The notes beneath the pieces are model-generated. The model was not told the origin of the DNA. It saw nothing but the letters and a program-made list of their open reading frames with translations, and did not search any database. From the NCBI GenBank assembly GCA_013152275.1, contig JAADGS010000065.1, forward strand, positions 1 through 36,290: a stretch of 36,290 nucleotides of DNA, written 5' to 3'. The position numbers were made by a program, and so were the translations under genes. The DNA is from Actinomycetota bacterium. GTDB taxonomy: Bacteria; Actinomycetota; Acidimicrobiia; Spongiisociales; UBA4744. The stretch's first letter is position 1. Every line of letters starts with the position of its first letter. This document shows positions 27,853 through 35,614 of this stretch, in pieces.

Positions 27853-27903
27853 CGAACCCTGGGCTCAGGGGGGTCGCCACGATCCCCCTGAGCCCAGGGT
27901 TCG
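27853..27903. repeat. 24-bp-arm palindrome between convergent genes (bidirectional terminator or REP-like element)
   Basis: cgaaccctgggctcaggggggtcg-cca-cgatccccctgagcccagggttcg, with one G-T pair. Confidence 0.75.
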
Positions 27904-27959
27904 GGGGAACGGGGAGGTCGCGCCACGAGATGTGTGCCGCTCTCGCCGGCGAGGACCTC

Positions 27960-28286
27960 TCAGGTTGCAGTCGAGTGTTGTCCCGCTTCCGCAATCCAAC
28001 CTTCGACACGTGATTGCGGTGTGTCGAGCTGCTCCGCCAGCACGGCAGGGTCGGCTTTCGCAAGAGCTTGCAGTGTCGTGATCCCCTGTTGCTGGAGCCG
28101 GGATGCGAAAACGTCGCCGATTCCTTTGATGGCGGTGAGATCATCGGCCTCGGGGGCAGGATCGACGCGGAACGTCGGGGGTTCGGGTTCGCGAGGGAGC
28201 GCGAGTGAAATCAGACGGTCCCGCATGAGCCAAACGGCTGCCCCCAGACCGGCGAGGAAACCGGTCAGCTTCATCAGTCGCTTCAT
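27960..28286 (-). CDS. Small membrane-anchored helix-hairpin-helix domain protein
   Basis: N-terminal hydrophobic anchor; DDLTAIKGIG...LQQQGITTL..LA...WI..A HhH pattern; TAAGCT -10 box 7 nt upstream. Confidence 0.85.
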   Translation of the reverse strand: MKRLMKLTGFLAGLGAAVWLMRDRLISLALPREPEPPTFRVDPAPEADDLTAIKGIGDVFASRLQQQGITTLQALAKADPAVLAEQLDTPQSRVEGWIAEAGQHSTAT

Positions 28287-28403
28287 GCGGTAGAGCTTAC
28301 CCGGTTCTTGGGATCTGATACGGGGACACGGAAGGGCCGTTGGCTTCCGGCCAGTTGGAGCGCTCCTCGCGATGGGAAGGTCTGACGGCCGGCCGGTTGT
28401 CGG

Positions 28404-29057
28404 TTACTTGTCACCTTTGTAACAGGTCCAGTGGGACCATCCGCCTGCGTAGTACTTGAGCCACGCGGCAACGGCGGTGTTGGCGTACGGATCGAAGATG
28501 TCGGCCCCGTCCCAGCCGGCCGCCGTGGCGCGTTCGGTCCAGTAGCGAGGGAGCTGCTGAAACAAGCCGGACGCCTTGGAGGAACCGTTCACGGCGGTCG
28601 GATCCAGTGACGATTCGCACTTCGCAATGGCGAAGGCCGTATCGACGTCTTGCGGCTTGAAGAACAAAGCGATGATGCTCCGGGCCTCCTCGGACGACAG
28701 GGGCTTTCTGGTCTCGACGGAGGCGGCACGTGCCGGCGGTGACGTCGCCGCGACGGGAGGCACGGTGGTCGGCGTCGGTGGCGGAGGGGTCACGTACCGC
28801 TGGGCTCTAAGCGAGTCCAGCAGCTCGTTTTCTTGCGAATCCGGCGGGGGGACCTCTTGAGCAGCCGTCGATCGCATCCCGGCGGCAAGGGCGCGCGCCA
28901 GCACCTGGCCTGTTGCCGATCCGCGGACGGGCAAGGTCGTGGTAGTCGTGGTGGTTGACTCGGGCGCCTGCTGCGGGGAGAAAGCAGCAAAGCCGGCCAC
29001 TGCCAGCGTTGCCACCATCATCCACAACACGACCGCCACGAGACGTGGCACACGCAT
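28404..29057 (-). CDS. Secreted lytic transglycosylase-like (SLT/lysozyme fold) protein
   Basis: Signal/anchor, Thr/Pro-rich linker, IAKCESS...A.N..S.ASGLFQ, DP.AN..A, GWSHW.C. Confidence 0.85.
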   Translation of the reverse strand: MRVPRLVAVVLWMMVATLAVAGFAAFSPQQAPESTTTTTTTLPVRGSATGQVLARALAAGMRSTAAQEVPPPDSQENELLDSLRAQRYVTPPPPTPTTVPPVAATSPPARAASVETRKPLSSEEARSIIALFFKPQDVDTAFAIAKCESSLDPTAVNGSSKASGLFQQLPRYWTERATAAGWDGADIFDPYANTAVAAWLKYYAGGWSHWTCYKGDK

Positions 29058-29204
29058 CGGTAATACTCTGCCTCTCAGCGCTAGGGGCCCAACGCAGGCC
29101 CGGAGAGAAAGGCTAGGAGGATCGGGTGCGTACGTGCAACCCGGATCCGACCATAAACTGGCAGGGCTGTGTCCGTCGGGGGAGAGGCGGTACGATCGTC
29201 GTTC

Positions 29205-30209
29205 GTGAAGGTCGACTTCTATGCGCCCCCCTGTGGAGCTCGCGAGACGGCACGTCTCGCAGAGTCGGCCGCCTCCGTCGGCTTCGATGGCTTCTTCGTG
29301 TCGGAGACGAGCCACGATCCGTTCGTGTTGCTCGCAGCGGCGTCACAGACGGCCACGGGATCCCTCGACTTCGGGACCGCCGTCGCCGTGGCGTTTCCCC
29401 GATCCCCGATGGTGATGGCGATGGCGTCGTGGGATCTGGCGAGAGAATCGAAGTTCATGCTCGGGCTTGGAACCCAGGTCTCCGCGCACATCAGGGGACG
29501 CTTCTCGATGGAGTGGGGTGCTCCCGTGGAGCGGATGCGGGACTATGTGGCAGCCCTTCGGGCGATCTGGGCCGTGTGGCAGGGCGGGGGAAAGCTCAAC
29601 TACCGAGGTGAGTTCTACCGGTTCACGTTGATGACCCCTTTCTTCGACCCCGGCCCGATCACCGATCCGATCATTCCGGTGTGGCTGGCCGGAGTAGGGC
29701 CTCGGTCGACGAGGCTTGCCGGCGAGATTGCCGATGGATTCCACGCACATCCATTTCACACGGTCCGCTATCTCGATGAGGTCGTGGCTCCGGAACTGGC
29801 CGGCGGACAGGAGGCCGCGATGCGGGATCCGGGCACCGTGGCCGTGAGCGCGAGTGTGCTGGTCGCAACGGGGCGCACCGCGGAGGAGGTAACCGAGGCG
29901 GCGAAGAAGACGAAAGCGCAGATCGCCTTCTACGCGTCGACGCCTGCCTATCGCAGGGTGCTCGAACTGCACGGGTGGGACGTCGGGCCCGAGCTCTCGG
30001 CGATGAGCCGCCGCGGGCAATGGGATACGATGGGGGACCTCGTGAGCGATGCGATGCTGGATGAGGTGGCCGTCGTAGCTCCGGTGCCGGAACTCGGGTG
30101 TCGTCTTCGCGAACGGTACGGAGGGAGGCTCGACCGTATCGGCGTCTACCCGTCCGTTTCTTTGCGTGACGCCGAGTGGCGACTCGTGATCGCCGGGATC
30201 CGCGGATAG
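29205..30209 (+). CDS. LLM-class (probably F420-dependent) oxidoreductase, TIGR03617-like
   Basis: ETSHDPF, VAFPRSP, LGLGTQV..HI..RF, FTLMTPFF, IAFYASTPAY; GTG start after TACGAT. Confidence 0.9.
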   Translation: MKVDFYAPPCGARETARLAESAASVGFDGFFVSETSHDPFVLLAAASQTATGSLDFGTAVAVAFPRSPMVMAMASWDLARESKFMLGLGTQVSAHIRGRFSMEWGAPVERMRDYVAALRAIWAVWQGGGKLNYRGEFYRFTLMTPFFDPGPITDPIIPVWLAGVGPRSTRLAGEIADGFHAHPFHTVRYLDEVVAPELAGGQEAAMRDPGTVAVSASVLVATGRTAEEVTEAAKKTKAQIAFYASTPAYRRVLELHGWDVGPELSAMSRRGQWDTMGDLVSDAMLDEVAVVAPVPELGCRLRERYGGRLDRIGVYPSVSLRDAEWRLVIAGIRG

Positions 30210-30320
30210 CGTTTCCGGGTCCGGGTGAGCCCGACAGAATCGGGCACTTCGAGCGGGCGAGGCCGACGACGGAGTTTGGAGAAGTGTGCCGGGCCGCGGT
30301 GGGGTGTCGGCGAGCCTGCC

Positions 30321-32231
30321 TCAGATCTCGACCTGCATCCCGATCTCGAGGCACTGGTCGGTCGGCAGATGGAAGAAGCGGGCGGCGCTGGTGGCATTGC
30401 GGGACATGAGGGCAAAGAGCCGCTCACGCCACATGGCCATCCCTTCGCGCTCGGTCGCCAGGATGGTTTCGCGGCCGAGCACGTAGGTGGTGTGTTCAGG
30501 TCGGATACCGAACCCGGGGTGCACGATATTGGCGAGATCCCTCGGCACGTTCGGCTCTTCCATGAACCCGTACGAGAGAGTTACCTGGAAGAAGCCGTCG
30601 CCCAGGTCCCACACGTTCGCTCGCCGGGCGGGGGTGACGCGAGGCACGTCGCTCGTCGTAATGGACAGGATCACCACCGTCTCGTGGAGCACTTCGTTGT
30701 GACGGAAATTGAGCAGCATTGCCGGTGGGGTGGCTCCGGGTCTCGAGGAGAGGTAGACGGCAGTACCGGGAACCCGGGTGGGTGGGTGCGTTGCGATCGA
30801 AGCGATGAAACGTTCGATCGGCAGTTCTCCGTGACGGAGACGGGCCGCGAGGATCTCCCGTCCCCGTTTCCACGTCGTCATGATCGCGAACACGGCGACT
30901 CCGATCACGAGCGGGAACCAACCGCCGTCCGGGACTTTGAAGAGGTTGGCGCCGAAGTAGGAGAGGTCGATGATCAAGAAGGCGGCAGAGAGGGACACGG
31001 CCACCGGCTTCGACCATTTCCAGCGCTCCCTGGTGACGACGAAGAAGAGCATGGTCGTGATGACCATGGTGGTGGCGACTGCGACACCGTACGCGGCAGC
31101 GAGCCCGCTCGACGATCGAAACCCGAGCACGAGGCCGACACAGGCGACCATCAGCGTCCAGTTGATGGCGGGGATGTAGATCTGTCCGGCTTCCGTCTCC
31201 GAGGTGTGCAGGATGCGGACCCGGGAGAGGTAGCCGAGCTGGACCGCCTGCATCGTCAGCGAGAACGCTCCCGAGATCAACGCCTGCGAGGCGATGATCG
31301 TCGCAGCCGTCGCGAGGACCAGGAGCGGCCACAGCGCCCACGCGGGTGCCATACGGTAGAAGGGGCTGTCTATCGCCGTGGGATCTGCGATGAGTAGGGC
31401 GCCTTGGCCGAAGTAGTTGAGCACCAGCGAGGGGAGGACGAGCCCGAACCACGCGAGCTGGATCGGTCGTTTTCCGAAGTGCCCCATATCCGCGTAGAGC
31501 GCTTCGCTTCCCGTGACGACGAGAAAGATCGACCCGAGGGCGAGAAACCCTTCCAGCTTGTTGTTGAGGAAGAACCTGGCTGCGTGCACGGGGCTGAGGG
31601 CGGCGAGCACGCTGGGATTCTGGGCGATGTGCACGATCCCGAGGAGCGCGAGTGTGGAGAACCAGAGGATCATGACCGGCCCGAACACCGAGCCGACGGT
31701 TCCTGTCCCGTGCCGCTGGATCATGAACAGCGCGATGAGAATGCCGATGGCGATCGGGATGACGTACGGCTTGAGCTGTGGAGTTGCCACTCCGAGGCCT
31801 TCGACGGCGCTGAGCACGGAGATGGCCGGTGTGATCATGCCGTCCCCGTAGAGCAGCGCGGTTCCAAACAGCCCGATGAGGATCAGCACCCGGCGACTGT
31901 GTCGCAGATTCCGCTGATGCCGGGGAACGATCAGTGCGGTGAGGGCGAGGATGCCTCCCTCACCGTTGTTCTCGGCGCGCATGACGAACGCAAGGTACTT
32001 GAGGGAGATCACGATCATCAGCGACCAGAAGATCAGTGAGAGGACACCAAGGATGTTCTCCCTGCCGACCGAGATTCCCGCGTGTGCCACGAAGGATTCA
32101 CGCATCGCGTAGAGGGGGCTGGTTCCGATGTCGCCGTAGACGACTCCGAGTGCCGCGAGCGAGAGCATCGCCACATAGCGGGGCGTCTGCGGCTTGTCGT
32201 GCTCGTTCGTGGACGTGGTCTTGCCGCTCAT
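30321..32231 (-). CDS. kup: KUP/HAK/KT potassium uptake transporter
   Basis: GVVYGDIGTSPLY, GEGG, DGMITPAISVLSAVEG, EALYADMGHFG, GQIYIP, AAAYG. Confidence 0.97.
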   Translation of the reverse strand: MSGKTTSTNEHDKPQTPRYVAMLSLAALGVVYGDIGTSPLYAMRESFVAHAGISVGRENILGVLSLIFWSLMIVISLKYLAFVMRAENNGEGGILALTALIVPRHQRNLRHSRRVLILIGLFGTALLYGDGMITPAISVLSAVEGLGVATPQLKPYVIPIAIGILIALFMIQRHGTGTVGSVFGPVMILWFSTLALLGIVHIAQNPSVLAALSPVHAARFFLNNKLEGFLALGSIFLVVTGSEALYADMGHFGKRPIQLAWFGLVLPSLVLNYFGQGALLIADPTAIDSPFYRMAPAWALWPLLVLATAATIIASQALISGAFSLTMQAVQLGYLSRVRILHTSETEAGQIYIPAINWTLMVACVGLVLGFRSSSGLAAAYGVAVATTMVITTMLFFVVTRERWKWSKPVAVSLSAAFLIIDLSYFGANLFKVPDGGWFPLVIGVAVFAIMTTWKRGREILAARLRHGELPIERFIASIATHPPTRVPGTAVYLSSRPGATPPAMLLNFRHNEVLHETVVILSITTSDVPRVTPARRANVWDLGDGFFQVTLSYGFMEEPNVPRDLANIVHPGFGIRPEHTTYVLGRETILATEREGMAMWRERLFALMSRNATSAARFFHLPTDQCLEIGMQVEI

Positions 32232-32363
32232 CGGCTGCGGATGCTACCTGCAGGCGCCGGCCGGCTCTTCCACACGCGACCTGCGGCGGCGCGAAGGACA
32301 TACGGGACGATGCAGAGAAGACTGCTCCGTACCGACTGCCGAGCACCGTGAGCCCGGGAGAGC

Positions 32364-33017
32364 TCAGTTCCGAAAGATTCCCAGATCTGCCGAACGTTGC
32401 AGATCGAGTGGAAGGTGGCCGACGTCGTTGAAGGCGATGAGGTGCGGCCTTGGTGCCCGGATGACGGTGATCGAACCGTTCCATGGCAGCACCAGCGGGA
32501 CCTGATACAGGTTGCCTCTCGGACGCAGGCCGCATGCCCACGATGCCAGCGCCAGAGTGGGACCTCCGTGAGCTGCGAGTACAACGAGACTCCGGTCCGA
32601 GGACTCTGCGGCAATGGAGCGCAGCGCATCCACGACTCTGCGGCGCACGTCGGCCCAGGTTTCGCCGTTTGGCCGGGGCACGTCTTCGCCGCTCGTGTAG
32701 CGAGCCCACAGCTCCGGCCATCGTTCTGCAATCTCGGAGGCGAGGAGCCCTCTCCAGTCTCCATTGTCGATCTCGCGAAACCGTGGATCCTGGTCGATCG
32801 TCAGGCCGAGTTTGGTCGCCGCGGGCAGAACCGTGTCGACGGCGCGGCACAGATCGCTGGAGACGATCCTGTCGATGGGCATGTGTGCCAGACGCGCCGA
32901 GACGGCCTCGGCCTGGCGTCGTCCGACGGCCGAGAGCGGGACGTCTGACTGGCCGATGAATCGATGGTCACGATTGCCCTCCGCCTCTCCATGCCGGACG
33001 ATGAGAAAGGTGGCCAC
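32364..33017 (-). CDS. Histidine phosphatase (phosphoglycerate mutase-like) family protein
   Basis: VRHGE, SSDL.RA..T, RE...G.W.G, GET, AHGG, FNDVGHL. Confidence 0.92.
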   Translation of the reverse strand: MATFLIVRHGEAEGNRDHRFIGQSDVPLSAVGRRQAEAVSARLAHMPIDRIVSSDLCRAVDTVLPAATKLGLTIDQDPRFREIDNGDWRGLLASEIAERWPELWARYTSGEDVPRPNGETWADVRRRVVDALRSIAAESSDRSLVVLAAHGGPTLALASWACGLRPRGNLYQVPLVLPWNGSITVIRAPRPHLIAFNDVGHLPLDLQRSADLGIFRN

Positions 33018-33020
33018 TGT

Positions 33021-34583
33021 TCAGCGCACCGCAGCCCGCGCCGTGGCAGCCCTCGGATCTGCAGCCGCGCTGCGCAGACCGTCTTCCGCGACCTGGATGA
33101 TCGACACCGGCCCCCAGCCGCGTTCGTAATCCGCCACCCGGCCGACCGTGTGTCCGCGTCGCTCCAGTTCGTCGATCAAGGCATCCGGCGTTCGCCCCTC
33201 GACGTGGAGCCGGGATGACGTCCCCGGGCTCGCGTCGTCGAGTACCCACCGCGGGCTTTCCTGCGCCTGTCGGGGATTCATCTGCGTGTGGAAGAGTGCG
33301 GTCGCCATCTGGAGGAGGAGTTGGGGCTGGTAGTGGCCTCCTCGAGTGCCGAGTACCGTGTCGAGCCGGCCGTTGCGGGTCCAGAGGGTCGGAGAAAGCG
33401 TGTGGAGCGGCCGTCGGCCGGGGGTGAGCTCGTTGGAATGTCCGGGAATCAGATTGAAACCGGCACCACGGTTGTGGAGGAAGAAACCCGCTCCCGACGC
33501 CACGATGCCCGATCCGATCCCCGTGTAATTGGACTGGATGAGCGAGACGGCCATGTCGTCGCGATCGACGAAGCCCAGGTACGCGGTCCCGCCCTGCGCC
33601 GGCCCTGGTTGTGGCCAGGCACCCGCTCGGTTTCGGTCGATGGCGCGGACGCGTTCTCGAAGTCGATCCGGCGCCACGAGGCGATCGGGGGCGAGAGGTA
33701 TCCGGTACGGGTCGGCAACCAGATCGTCACGTTCCCATGCGACCGAGCGGTATGCCTCGACCTGGAGGTGAACGTACTCGCCGTCGATTCGGTCGGTCGG
33801 TGCGTCCAACTGGGAGAAGATCCAGGCCGATGCGAGGGTGAGGTAGCCCTGTGAATTCGGAGGCGTCGTCCAACCGATTCTTCCGAAGACTTCGATAGAG
33901 ACGGGGTCGACCCACTCGGCCTGCTTTGCGGCGAGGTCCTCTGCAGTGATCTGGCCGTGCACCGCGTCGCTGATGGCTTTGCCGGCGGAGCCCTCGTAGA
34001 AGGCCTCCCTTCCCCCGTCGGCGATCTCTCGAAGCGTGTGTGCCAGATCCCGGCGAACCAGGCGGATTCCGGGTGTCGGTGGGTTTGTCGTGAACAACTC
34101 CGGAGCAGCAGGTTCGAGTTGTGCGCTGCGCCTCGTCAGGGCGCCTGCAAGCTCGGCCGACATGGCAAAACCGTCTTGCGCGTACCGGATGGCGGGAGAG
34201 AGCACCTCTGCGAGCGGCATCGATCCGAAGCGGGCGAGAAGAGCGATCCAGCCGTCCACGCATCCCGGAACGGTCACGGATGCGGGGTGATCGAAGGGGA
34301 TGGAGGTGAGACCGGAGCGGCGCAGCGCAGCAGGGTCGACACCCGACCCTGCCCGCCCCGACGCGTTCAGCGTTGCCGGGGTAGCGTCGTCGGGCCGGTG
34401 GACGAGGGCAAACAGGTCCCCCCCGATCCCGCAGGTCTCGGGCGCAACGACGCCCTGGACGGCATTGGCTGCGACGGACGCGTCCACGGCATTGCCGCCG
34501 AGCACGTAGATTTCCATCGCCGCGAGCGTGGCGAGTTCATGCGGTGTGACGGCCACATCGCCGAAGCCCGAAGACGTGGCCAT
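33021..34583 (-). CDS. ggt: Gamma-glutamyltransferase family (Ntn hydrolase)
   Basis: GGNAVDA, GIGGDLF, VPG.VDGW, PPNSQG, autocleavage Thr (GG-TAY), SLIQSNY, NRG, RPLHTLSP, ADPR. Confidence 0.92.
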   Translation of the reverse strand: MATSSGFGDVAVTPHELATLAAMEIYVLGGNAVDASVAANAVQGVVAPETCGIGGDLFALVHRPDDATPATLNASGRAGSGVDPAALRRSGLTSIPFDHPASVTVPGCVDGWIALLARFGSMPLAEVLSPAIRYAQDGFAMSAELAGALTRRSAQLEPAAPELFTTNPPTPGIRLVRRDLAHTLREIADGGREAFYEGSAGKAISDAVHGQITAEDLAAKQAEWVDPVSIEVFGRIGWTTPPNSQGYLTLASAWIFSQLDAPTDRIDGEYVHLQVEAYRSVAWERDDLVADPYRIPLAPDRLVAPDRLRERVRAIDRNRAGAWPQPGPAQGGTAYLGFVDRDDMAVSLIQSNYTGIGSGIVASGAGFFLHNRGAGFNLIPGHSNELTPGRRPLHTLSPTLWTRNGRLDTVLGTRGGHYQPQLLLQMATALFHTQMNPRQAQESPRWVLDDASPGTSSRLHVEGRTPDALIDELERRGHTVGRVADYERGWGPVSIIQVAEDGLRSAAADPRAATARAAVR

Positions 34584-34588
34584 CCGGC

Positions 34589-35197
34589 TCAGCGGCGAAG
34601 CTGTGGCACGTACCGGTTCAAGGCGTCCAGGACCGCCCGCACCGCAGCTTGCGGCAGATCTTGACCGGCAAGCGCCGAGCCGACCATGGCGCGTTCCTCG
34701 CCGCCGGAAACCACGACGACTTGCGCGATGGCGACCGGACGGTTCCCGACGGTCGCTATTTCGAGTGCGGCGAGGGCAAGTCCGATGTCACCACCGATCG
34801 CCTGTTCCAGGGCGTGCAGCGTCGCGTCGCCGACGAGACGCAGGCGAGTCGCCGAGGCGGCAGGCCCGTCCGCCTCTCCGACGAACACTTCGCCCTGCCA
34901 TCCGAGGGAGACCGACGCGGTGATCCTCGTGCCCTGGGGAACTTCCTTGATGTCGAGCACCGCAGGACGTTCACCGGGGGTGCGTTCNNNNNNNNNNNNN
35001 NNNNNNNNNNNNNNNNNNNNNNNNNNNNNNNNNNNNGCCATGGCAAGGGACTGCACGTCACGGACGACCTGCTTGGGCGGTTTCGCCGGTGCAGCCAGAA
35101 CGTGGACTTCGGCCACTCGCCCGTTGTCCCCGACGATGCGCACGGCATCGACCGTGGGGAGGAGACAGAGTGCTTCTTCGAGCTCGCGATACTTCAC
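34589..35197 (-). CDS. Hypothetical protein; C-terminal region resembles the LeuA allosteric domain; spans the N gap 34988-35036
   Basis: GTG 6 nt after TACCCT; EVHVLA...PKQVVRDVQS; duplicated strands+helix units ending ATLHALEQ and AVLDALNR; 5 nt from the ggt start. Confidence 0.8.
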   Translation of the reverse strand: MKYRELEEALCLLPTVDAVRIVGDNGRVAEVHVLAAPAKPPKQVVRDVQSLAMXXXXXXXXXXXXXXXXXERTPGERPAVLDIKEVPQGTRITASVSLGWQGEVFVGEADGPAASATRLRLVGDATLHALEQAIGGDIGLALAALEIATVGNRPVAIAQVVVVSGGEERAMVGSALAGQDLPQAAVRAVLDALNRYVPQLRR

Positions 35198-35276
35198 GGT
35201 GCAAGGGTAGCCTCCGCCGGCAGGCGGGACGGCGTTTTTGTCATACCCTTGAGTAATGGGGGTCTTGACTGCTAAC

Positions 35277-35285
35277 TTATCCACA
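35277..35285 (+). promoter_or_regulatory. Single consensus DnaA box
   Basis: TTATCCACA, 6 nt downstream of a -35-like TTGACT in the divergent intergenic region. Confidence 0.35.
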
Positions 35286-35490
35286 GTCGCCACCTTTGTG
35301 GCGGGTTGGTGCGCTGCCGACCGGTGAGGCTGGAAGAGGGATGCCTCAGCACATGACAACTGAGGTTCCCGGGTAAACCGGGGATATGTGGCGCCCGGGC
35401 TTGCACGATTTACCCCTGAGCTACCAAGCGAAGCGGATTACTCGCCGGCCGAGAGGCTGGTGATTCCAAAGCTAAATTGGAGGACTCAGT

Positions 35491-35580
35491 TTGAAGGGCA
35501 AGATCGTCAAGTTGATCGCAATTGCCAGCAGTCTTGCGGCGTTGATCGTTGCAGGAAGTGCCACCATCAAGATCGGGTGA
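35491..35580 (+). CDS. 29-aa small hydrophobic peptide MKGKIVKLIAIASSLAALIVAGSATIKIG (not in the ORF track)
   Basis: SD ggagg at 35479-35483, TTG start 7 nt later, basic N-terminus, hydrophobic helix, short tail, TGA; the next gene starts 34 nt later. Confidence 0.7.
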   Translation: MKGKIVKLIAIASSLAALIVAGSATIKIG

Positions 35581-35614
35581 GCGGGCAGGTCCGGGACGCC
35601 AATGAGGAGGCCGG

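Noticed and set aside
29058..29190. c-di-AMP (ydaO) riboswitch upstream of the SLT-like gene; also checked upstream of kup
   Set aside because: The conserved GCCGAAUCC, GGGGAACC and CCCGUCAGCUAAC segments are not present; only a generic hairpin is seen
17686..34583. YbdK ligase plus GGT as a dedicated gamma-glutamyl pathway cluster
   Set aside because: They are about 14 kb apart in unrelated transcription units, and both are common genes
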